NCBI RefSeq assembly: GCF_000012925.1
Contig: NC_007517.1
Location: 2,640,001 to 2,672,000, forward strand
Source: Geobacter metallireducens GS-15
Lineage (GTDB): Bacteria; Desulfobacterota; Desulfuromonadia; Geobacterales; Geobacteraceae
Direction of reading: 5' to 3'
DNA: 32,000 nt
Shown: positions 1 through 6,807 of the stretch, one piece after another
Layout of the letters: every line of letters starts with the position of its first letter
Numbering within the stretch: position 1 is the first letter of the stretch
The notes under the pieces: model-generated
What the model was told of the DNA's origin: nothing
Databases searched by the model: none
What the model saw: the letters and a program-made list of their open reading frames with translations, nothing else
Made by a program: the position numbers and the translations under genes

Positions 1-676
1 TCAGTCTGATCCGTGCGGCCAGGTCATCGTCGTTGGTGGCAACCGCTCCCCCCTCGAAGGTATTGAAGAATTTCGTCGCGTGAAAGCTGAAGACCTCGGC
101 ATCGCCGAAACTTCCTATCATGCGTCCGTTATGGGAGCAGCCGAACGCATGTGCCGCATCGAAGAGCAATCTCAGATTGCGCCTACCGGCGATCTCAGCC
201 AACGCCTCGATCTTGCACGGCTTCCCCCACAGATGAACACCAATGATTCCTGTCGTGCGGGGGGTAATGAGCGACTCGACCCGACGCGGGTCGATGGAGT
301 GTGTTTCTGGATCGATATCACAGAAAACGGGGGTAATCTGCTGCCACTGGAGTGAATGGGGAGTGGCGACAAACGTAAATGAAGGAACGATCACTTCCCC
401 CGTCATCCCCAGGGCTCTGATGGTAATTTCCAGAGCCACCGTTGCATTGCACATGGCGATACAGTGTTTGACCCCCAGCAACGCCTCAAGCCGCCGCTCG
501 AACTCCTGGACGCAGATGCCGTTATTGGTGAGCCAGCGCCGGTCAAGGATGCCGTTGACCCTTTCCAAAAACTCAGAGCGGTCTCCAATGTTGGGCCGGC
601 CCACGTGGAGAGTATCCGAAAAGGCCGGAGAACCTCCCATAACAGCAAGCTCATCACAAGAAGTCTTCAGTTTCAT
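1..676 (-). CDS. DegT/DnrJ/EryC1/StrS-family PLP-dependent sugar aminotransferase. Only the N-terminal ~225 codons are present; the gene runs off the left edge of the window.
   Basis: Absent from the ORF track because there is no in-window stop. Hand translation of the minus strand from ATG 676-674 stays open to position 2: MKLKTSCDELAVMGGSPAFSDTLHVGRPNIGDRSEFLERVNGILDRRWLTNNGICVQEFERRLEALLGVKHCIAMCNATVALEITIRALGM...DAAHAFGCSHNGRMIGSFGDAEVFSFHATKFFNTFEGGAVATNDD. SFHATK is the PLP-lysine block typical of this family. The ATG overlaps the upstream stop as TAATG. Confidence 0.85.
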   Translation of the reverse strand, partial: MKLKTSCDELAVMGGSPAFSDTLHVGRPNIGDRSEFLERVNGILDRRWLTNNGICVQEFERRLEALLGVKHCIAMCNATVALEITIRALGMTGEVIVPSFTFVATPHSLQWQQITPVFCDIDPETHSIDPRRVESLITPRTTGIIGVHLWGKPCKIEALAEIAGRRNLRLLFDAAHAFGCSHNGRMIGSFGDAEVFSFHATKFFNTFEGGAVATNDDDLAARIRL

Positions 677-1347
677 TATTCGATCCTTTTTCTGATTTTT
701 GCCGGCACACCGTACGCAAGCGCGTTGTCCGGAATATCGCCCACAACAACCGAACCGGCGCCTATGAACGAGCCTGCCCCGATACGAACCCTGTCTATAA
801 TCGATGATCCTATGCCGATCCAGGCACCCTCGCCCACAGCCACGCGTCCTGCAAGGCGGACGCCGGGGCAGATGTGGGCACCGTCTTCGATTGTGCACTC
901 ATGATCCACACTGGCTGAAGTGTTGATGATGACGTTCGCCCCGACGTGAACGCCAGGGTTGATGACAGCGCCAGCCGCAACAACCGTTCCCTCTCCGATC
1001 ACCACATCGCGGGCGACAACTGCAGAGGGGTGCACCGCCGTCACAAGCTCAAGTCCCTGTGCTCTGAGATATTCCGCCACCTTGAGCCGTGCAGGGCAAT
1101 TCCCGAAGGCAACGATCGCATGGCGTACCCCCTGCCCGCAGAGCATAGCGAGTGAGTCTCTGCCGCTGAAGACCGGGAGACCAAAGAACTCTTCCCCATT
1201 TCTCCCTTCGGTGACATCGTCCAGAAACCCAACAATATCATACTCGCCCCGCAGTCTGACAATATCCGCCACGACCATCGCATGACCCGAGGCTCCCCAG
1301 ACAACAAGCTTTTTCACATTGTTACCCCCAGGCCACATTCTACACAC
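676..1347 (-). CDS. PglD/NeuD/VioB-type sugar N-acetyltransferase (hexapeptide-repeat, left-handed beta-helix)
   Basis: The N-domain KKLVVWGASGHAMVVADIVRLRGEYDIVGFLDD is followed by hexapeptide repeats (VVIGEGTVVAAGAVINPGVHVGANVIINTSASVDHEC...GVRLAGRVAVGEGAWIGIGSSII). The start is ambiguous: GTG 1347, ATG 1338 (AGGTG 6 nt upstream) or GTG 1317 (GGGGG 7 nt upstream). Confidence 0.85.
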   Translation of the reverse strand: MCRMWPGGNNVKKLVVWGASGHAMVVADIVRLRGEYDIVGFLDDVTEGRNGEEFFGLPVFSGRDSLAMLCGQGVRHAIVAFGNCPARLKVAEYLRAQGLELVTAVHPSAVVARDVVIGEGTVVAAGAVINPGVHVGANVIINTSASVDHECTIEDGAHICPGVRLAGRVAVGEGAWIGIGSSIIDRVRIGAGSFIGAGSVVVGDIPDNALAYGVPAKIRKRIE

Positions 1348-1352
1348 CTACG

Positions 1353-2306
1353 TCAGTAGCGAAATATATAGCGCTTCCAGAAGGGAGTTTTTAACAAACA
1401 ATAAAGCCAATCGGATTTTCGCTTGGTAAACAATGTATTCCAAGGTTTAGTCGAAGTTGCGTAATGGATAATAGCTGGGCTTTCAAAAGCTTCTAACAAC
1501 TCTTTTTCGCTGTAGATAGTGTCAAATCCAAGATTCTTTCTATATCCCTTAAACAGGTAATTAAACAAATTACCCTTTACTTTCAATTTCATTTTATGTC
1601 TGTCTTTAAACAAATTATACATATATGTGCAAAAGCAATAACGTAACGGGATATAATCAATTTTGTCTTTTAAGACTATATTCAATATATCCTGCTCTGG
1701 CTGAACAACAATAGAACTCATTCCCTGCAATGCAATCATAATATCGTCATATATATTATCTTCTCTCATTTTTTTGAGATTATAGACAAGAATCCCTGCT
1801 CCTATGCCGTTTTTAAGGATGGATTTAATTTCCGCGGGCATATTCATATTTTCATAATATTTATCAAGTTTTCCACACACCCTAACACCGGCAATATAAT
1901 TTTCTTCACTTAACATAAAGAAGACATCAGATATATCATCCTTGAATACAACATCAACGTCAGACCATATTATTTTGTCATACTGAGGAAATTCAAGCAT
2001 TGGCACAAGCTTATATAAACATTCTTTAGTATAATGCCCCTTCCCTTTAATATTTTCCCACTCATTCTTAAACGATTCGCCCATATCTCTGAATTCAACA
2101 CTTGCATTGCTAAAGAGTGAAACCACTTGCGCCAGAAGATCCCGATTCTCTTCAGATATATCTTCATGTAAGACAATAAAGTGGTATTTATACGATACAT
2201 TAACATTAGCCAACAACGAGTGAAACGCTACAGCGGCAGGAATTACATAATTATTATCAAATGCAAAAAATACTGGAATATTAAGTTCATTTATAGCCAC
2301 AAGCAC
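1353..2306 (-). CDS. Glycosyltransferase family 8 (RfaI/RfaJ-like LPS hexosyltransferase type), low-GC gene
   Basis: GT8 blocks are present: IPVFFAFDNNYVIPAAVAFHSLLAN, DKIIWSDVDVVF (DxD), GIGAGILVYNLKKMRED and PEQDILNIVL. GC is about 30%. The start is GTG 2306 or, more likely, GTG 2300 (AGGAG 5 nt upstream). Confidence 0.8.
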   Translation of the reverse strand: MLVAINELNIPVFFAFDNNYVIPAAVAFHSLLANVNVSYKYHFIVLHEDISEENRDLLAQVVSLFSNASVEFRDMGESFKNEWENIKGKGHYTKECLYKLVPMLEFPQYDKIIWSDVDVVFKDDISDVFFMLSEENYIAGVRVCGKLDKYYENMNMPAEIKSILKNGIGAGILVYNLKKMREDNIYDDIMIALQGMSSIVVQPEQDILNIVLKDKIDYIPLRYCFCTYMYNLFKDRHKMKLKVKGNLFNYLFKGYRKNLGFDTIYSEKELLEAFESPAIIHYATSTKPWNTLFTKRKSDWLYCLLKTPFWKRYIFRY

Positions 2307-2406
2307 TCCTGCAATCGTTGACTGTATAACCTATCGAGGGATATTGATAATCAATCAACTCCTCATATATACGCATAGCAACAACGTATATGTAAGATTA
2401 CTTATC

Positions 2407-2427
2407 ATAAAACAAAAACCTTTTTGT
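2407..2427 (-). terminator. Weak AT-rich stem-loop plus T-run immediately after the FkbM-like gene
   Basis: The minus strand reads ACAAAAAGGTTTTTGT followed by TTTTAT. The stem is about 6 bp and all A-T, so stability is low. Confidence 0.3.
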
Positions 2428-2432
2428 CAGTT

Positions 2433-3134
2433 TTAAGACATAGTTCTGGATGAATCTATAGCTATACTGTCGTTTCCATGAATAAACACTTCATACCCAT
2501 GTGACTCAAGCAAAATCGTAATTTCTTGCTGTTCTTCCTTCTTCAAGCTTTGATGCTCGTACTTTATCATTTTAGGTCGAATGACATCAAAATCTATCAT
2601 TTTAATTACTTCCCCATCATACCCTTCTACATCTATTTGCAATAAATTAACATGTTCGAACTTATTATCCCTTATTAGTTCCATAAGATGTACACATTCA
2701 ACTTCTTCAGAAACGATGTAATCAGACGGTAATCCTGATTGCTTATAATGATTCGGATCCAAAGAACCTATTCCTTGCACCCACTCAGGCAATAAATCCA
2801 ATTTTGCAGGATCGACATAATGCAAGACTGCCTTCTTTTTGTTCTGATGAACAGCACAGTTTACCGGGATTATATCCGGATATCTTGAATAGTTTTGTTT
2901 CAACTTTTCAAAGTAAATTTTCAATGGTTCAACCACAACCCCTCTGCATTTTCGCGATGTAACGAAACTGTACAACTCGTCAAAGCTGACACCATCATTC
3001 GCTCCTATCTGGATAAAACAAAAGTCGTCATCGCGATTATACTCTTCTATTAGGTATTGTTTAAATTTATCAATTTTTGTTATTTCATAGCCATAACGAC
3101 TAATAATTCTATTTACAATTGTTCTTACATGCAT
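2433..3134 (-). CDS. FkbM-family SAM-dependent methyltransferase, low-GC gene
   Basis: CFIQIGANDGVSFDELY (SAM-binding GxNxG-type block) and HVNLLQIDVEGYDGEVIK are the signature blocks of the FkbM family (TIGR01444-type). GC is about 30%. Confidence 0.8.
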   Translation of the reverse strand: MHVRTIVNRIISRYGYEITKIDKFKQYLIEEYNRDDDFCFIQIGANDGVSFDELYSFVTSRKCRGVVVEPLKIYFEKLKQNYSRYPDIIPVNCAVHQNKKKAVLHYVDPAKLDLLPEWVQGIGSLDPNHYKQSGLPSDYIVSEEVECVHLMELIRDNKFEHVNLLQIDVEGYDGEVIKMIDFDVIRPKMIKYEHQSLKKEEQQEITILLESHGYEVFIHGNDSIAIDSSRTMS

Positions 3135-3149
3135 ACCGTACTCCTTTTT

Positions 3150-4007
3150 TCATTTAGTATTACGAGTTTGAATAGTTCTTGATGAAAGAGATTCCTGATT
3201 CCGTTCACAATAATGCCTCAGTAACGGCTCCGGATACCGTGCGACTCTCGCCCCGAGATACTTGATCTTACGGAGCCTGTTCCAGTCACCAGGTTCCTGA
3301 TATCTGTAGGCCTCAATATCCCACGGGACGGCGGTAAACCACCGGTGGTAAAAAATAGACGATGTGGTGACCTTCCCTCCTGAAAATTCCTGGGCTTTTC
3401 TCATTGCCCAGCGCCCGTTTGAGCGCTCATACCAGAAGGGGTGCCAAACCAGATCGGCCTTCTCCCGCTGGATGAATTTGACCAGCTTTTCAATCCGGTC
3501 GGGGACGAATTCGTCATCGTCGTCGAGGTGGGTAATAAAGTCGCCCCGTGCCTGCGAAAGTGCGTAGTTGAACGGGACCGTGCCGGCAACACACCATCGG
3601 TGGAGGGGATTCTCCGGATAGTTCCCCCGTTCCGGCAGGTTGATGAAACGAAAACGGGGATCCGTTATTCCCTGTACAAGCCGGGGTGTGTCGTCGGTAC
3701 AGCAATCACCGACCACAATCAGTTCTATGTTGCCGTAAGACTGTTCGAGAACAGACCGAACAGAACGCTCCACCAGTAACTTGCCGCGATTGTACGTGCC
3801 GATGCACACCGTCACAAGGGGCGCATCTTTCTCATAGACCTCACGGTATTCGCGGGAATTTCTGTCAGCATAAAAACCGTCAAGCAATTCCCGGGGAATG
3901 TCCAGCCTCGACTTGAGCGTGTCAACTTCATTTTTGAGCTGATTTATCAGCTTATAATTTTTCACCACATTGAAGCTGTTAAAAAAATTAAGCAAATCAT
4001 CAATCAT
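3150..4007 (-). CDS. Glycosyltransferase family 2 with an N-terminal coiled-coil-like extension
   Basis: VTVCIGTYNRGKLLVERSVRSVLEQSYGNIELIVVGDCCTDDT and the HLDDDDEF DxD block. GGAAGGTG Shine-Dalgarno (SD) sequence upstream of ATG 4007. GC is intermediate, about 47%. Confidence 0.8.
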   Translation of the reverse strand: MIDDLLNFFNSFNVVKNYKLINQLKNEVDTLKSRLDIPRELLDGFYADRNSREYREVYEKDAPLVTVCIGTYNRGKLLVERSVRSVLEQSYGNIELIVVGDCCTDDTPRLVQGITDPRFRFINLPERGNYPENPLHRWCVAGTVPFNYALSQARGDFITHLDDDDEFVPDRIEKLVKFIQREKADLVWHPFWYERSNGRWAMRKAQEFSGGKVTTSSIFYHRWFTAVPWDIEAYRYQEPGDWNRLRKIKYLGARVARYPEPLLRHYCERNQESLSSRTIQTRNTK

Positions 4008-4025
4008 TGCGCACCTTCCACAAAC

Positions 4026-5066
4026 TCATCGGAACAACTGCCTGGAGAATATCGCCTCGGACGCCTTCCAGTTCCAATGGGTGTCGTCAGCGTAAAAAAC
4101 GTCCTTTTCACCTCTGCGCACCTCGTCGAGAAGGACCTTCTTGGTGTCGACAAAGATATAACGCTTCGGAAGAGGACGCAACTTTTCAAAAAAATCACTC
4201 GTCGGATAGGGGTTATCCACGATGAACTCGCTGTACAGATTGTATTTGTCCACAACAGGCATGAAACAGAGCCGGATTCCCTTTTGGGCGAGCTTGTCGG
4301 ACAACGTGTTCAGGTTCCGGTTGAGCGCCTCGATCTGGTCGGCTGTGGCGAACTTCTTGTACTTCAGAAAGAGAAGCGTTGATGGTTCTGCTGTTGTGAA
4401 CAGGTCCCCCTTCAGGTGCCTCACATGGACTTTGCCGACGAAGGCGTGATCGGAGATAGGATAGAGGAGATTGTACAGGATGAACTTGAAATTGCCGGTA
4501 TTGATGAAGCTCACCTCCGGCATCTGGCCAGCCCCTCCCTTTGCCCGGTAACCTTTGAGTTGCTCCTCGGAAAGTATCCTCGAGAAATCAATCGGCTGGG
4601 CGAACTCGTCGAAGCTGAACTTTTCCGCCGCCTCGATGAGGACATACCGGGGCTTCAGCCGGTCCAGATATCCGTTGTTGCACCAGATGGACACGGTGGT
4701 TATGGAATCTATGCCGCGGTATTGGCCGACATTGAGGACCGACACGCCGCTCAGGGACGCCATGTAGTCCTGATAGTAACGGTTTCGCCCACCGGCAGCC
4801 CCCTGCGAGAACGAGTCCCCGATGGTTAGGACATCAATCTTCTGCCCTGCATAATCGGAAACCTCGAGGTGCCGTTTCGGGAGATCAACATGGTTCGTCC
4901 TCGGAACTTTCACGCGGGCGAGGTACCCCATGCGAGCCAGATCACCGCCGGCGTAATGTTTATCGGTCAGCAGATCTTCGGTGACCACTTCCCACAGAAG
5001 GAAATTCAGGCCGATGAACAGCGCCACTACAGCTAGAAAGATACGACACCAACGCTTATATTTCAT
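4026..5066 (-). CDS. Membrane-anchored periplasmic SGNH-fold O-acyltransferase of the AlgJ/AlgX/DltD type
   Basis: N-terminal signal-anchor CRIFLAVVALFIGLNFLLW. SGNH block I is LTIGDSFSQG. The C-terminal D-x-x-H block is FYADDTHWNW, as in the AlgJ/AlgX/PatB-type partners of MBOATs. It sits 8 nt downstream of the MBOAT gene. Confidence 0.65.
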   Translation of the reverse strand: MKYKRWCRIFLAVVALFIGLNFLLWEVVTEDLLTDKHYAGGDLARMGYLARVKVPRTNHVDLPKRHLEVSDYAGQKIDVLTIGDSFSQGAAGGRNRYYQDYMASLSGVSVLNVGQYRGIDSITTVSIWCNNGYLDRLKPRYVLIEAAEKFSFDEFAQPIDFSRILSEEQLKGYRAKGGAGQMPEVSFINTGNFKFILYNLLYPISDHAFVGKVHVRHLKGDLFTTAEPSTLLFLKYKKFATADQIEALNRNLNTLSDKLAQKGIRLCFMPVVDKYNLYSEFIVDNPYPTSDFFEKLRPLPKRYIFVDTKKVLLDEVRRGEKDVFYADDTHWNWKASEAIFSRQLFR

Positions 5067-5074
5067 CAGAAACC

Positions 5075-6568
5075 CTAAAACTGAAAATAGAGAAATTCAC
5101 TCACCGTGCTCATGCTCATGAGAGCCCAGGCAAAGGTGACGATGGCCAGGGTGCAGCTCTTCCAGGAGGGCTTCAGCATCTCGGCAATCTCATTGGAGTT
5201 TTTTGCAAGCAGAATGAACGGAAACGCAAGGGCGACCGAAATCCATGTCTCATCTTTGCCGTCGATCCCTTGCAGCCACGGGCCGAACTGCACGCCCCAC
5301 TCGCCGAGTTTTGCCAGAAGCGGTATTTTCGCGAGGGAATGGTTCAGCATCAAGCCGTTGACGCCGAACATGCCCGCAAGCACTTTTGTCGCGTCGTGCC
5401 ACTCTTTCGCTCTGAAGAACACGAAGGAAAGATTTGCGAAGTTGAATGTAAGAAACCAGCCGAGCGCCGGATGCATCCACCATTTGCGCTTTTTCCAGTA
5501 GTGATTGAGCACCAGGGCGGTACCGTGCAAGCACCCCCACAGGATAAAGGTCCATCCCGCCCCATGCCAGAACCCGGAGATGAGCATTGCCACGAAGATG
5601 GCGGCCAGTGAATTGGCAAAGGTTATGGAACCGAACGAACGGAGGATCGGCGTATAGACGTAGGTGGTGATGAACTCGGTCAGCGTGATGTGCCACCGCT
5701 TCCAGAAGTCGATGATGCTCCTTGCCTTGTAGGGGCTGTTGAAGTTGACCGGCAGGCGGATATTGAACAGCAGGCCGATGCCGATAGCCATGTCGCTGTA
5801 GCCGCTGAAGTCGAAATAGAGCTGGAAGGTGTAACTCAGACTTGCGAGCCACGCCTCGACAAAGGTAAGCGTCCCCGCCTTGTCGAAACCCGCAGTTGCC
5901 CATTCGGAGAACCGGTCGGCAAGGACGACCTTCTTAAACAGCCCCATGGAGAACAAGAGTATCCCGAGATACACGTTCCGATAGCGGAGAACCTTGGTGC
6001 GGAGCGATGCGAACTGCGGCATCATGTCGCTATGGTGGAGGATCGGGCCGGCCAGAAGGTGCGGGAAAAAGGTGACAAACAGGGCGTAATTCAGAAGATT
6101 TCGCTCTTCCACCAGCCCTTCGTACGCATCCACCAGAAAGGCTATCTGCGTGATGGTGAAGAAGCTGATCCCAAGCGGGAGAACGATCCTGAGAAGCGGA
6201 AGCCCGGCATCCAGTGCCGAATTGACGTTGGTTATGAAAAAGTCGACATACTTGAAGAACCCGAGCAACAGGAGGTTCGCGACTATGCCGAAGACGAAGA
6301 TCGCCCTGCGTGATACTCCCTTCCTGGCTCCGGCCCCATCGGACAGGAGACTGCCGATGGTGTAATTGAACAGGATCGACCCCAGGATGAGGGGAACATA
6401 CTTAATATCCCACCAGCCGTAAAAAAAGAGGGATGCGAAGAGGAGCCAGGAGTTTGCGGCGACGGCGAGGCGCTTTCCGTTCAGCAGGTAATACAGGAGC
6501 AGGGTTACCGGCAGGAACGCCAGGATGAATTCGTAGGAGTTGAAAAGCATAAATCTACGTCTTCTCAC
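5075..6568 (-). CDS. MBOAT-family membrane-bound O-acyltransferase (AlgI/DltB/PatA type)
   Basis: Polytopic membrane protein with MLFNSYEFILAFLPV, FWKRWHITLTEFITTYVY and the catalytic-His block ISGFWHGAGWTFILWGCLHG. ATG 6568 forms an ATGA overlap with the carrier-protein stop. Family-typical N-termini suggest the alternative ATG 6550 (MLFNS...). Confidence 0.85.
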   Translation of the reverse strand: MRRRRFMLFNSYEFILAFLPVTLLLYYLLNGKRLAVAANSWLLFASLFFYGWWDIKYVPLILGSILFNYTIGSLLSDGAGARKGVSRRAIFVFGIVANLLLLGFFKYVDFFITNVNSALDAGLPLLRIVLPLGISFFTITQIAFLVDAYEGLVEERNLLNYALFVTFFPHLLAGPILHHSDMMPQFASLRTKVLRYRNVYLGILLFSMGLFKKVVLADRFSEWATAGFDKAGTLTFVEAWLASLSYTFQLYFDFSGYSDMAIGIGLLFNIRLPVNFNSPYKARSIIDFWKRWHITLTEFITTYVYTPILRSFGSITFANSLAAIFVAMLISGFWHGAGWTFILWGCLHGTALVLNHYWKKRKWWMHPALGWFLTFNFANLSFVFFRAKEWHDATKVLAGMFGVNGLMLNHSLAKIPLLAKLGEWGVQFGPWLQGIDGKDETWISVALAFPFILLAKNSNEIAEMLKPSWKSCTLAIVTFAWALMSMSTVSEFLYFQF

Positions 6569-6804
6569 TTCCTCGCAAGTTTCTTGTCGACCAGGTCGGC
6601 CAGATCGCCCACATTCTTCAGTTTCTGCAGCTCGCCCAGGGCAAACTTGATCTTGTAGTGCACCTCCAGGGACACAATGAGGTTCATGTGCGAAAGAGAA
6701 TCCCAGGCATCGATGTCATTGGCCGAAGTCTCGCGGGTCAGGACGATGCTGTCGTCGTCGAAAACCTGGCGGAAGATCGGGGTGAGTGCGTCCAGGGTCG
6801 GCAT
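6565..6804 (-). CDS. Stand-alone acyl/peptidyl carrier protein (DltC-like role)
   Basis: 79 aa and acidic. The phosphopantetheine-attachment context is DIDAWDSLSHMNLIVSLE (DSL serine). The GGAGGA SD lies within the last codons of the ligase gene (GGAGGAATGAACTATG). Confidence 0.75.
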   Translation of the reverse strand: MPTLDALTPIFRQVFDDDSIVLTRETSANDIDAWDSLSHMNLIVSLEVHYKIKFALGELQKLKNVGDLADLVDKKLARK

Positions 6805-6807
6805 AGT

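Noticed and set aside
80-904. Plus-strand ORFs 80-355, 243-695 and 464-904 at the left edge, which the track offers as the only long ORFs there
   Set aside because: The minus-strand frame from 676 to 2 is open and encodes a clear DegT-family aminotransferase N-terminus. The track omits it only because its stop lies outside the window.
1348-3149. Looked for mobile-element scars (transposase or integrase remnants, tRNA, flanking direct or inverted repeats) at the borders of the low-GC island
   Set aside because: None were found by eye. The borders are 5-nt and 15-nt spacers, so the island is reported as a compositional anomaly and not as a mobile element.
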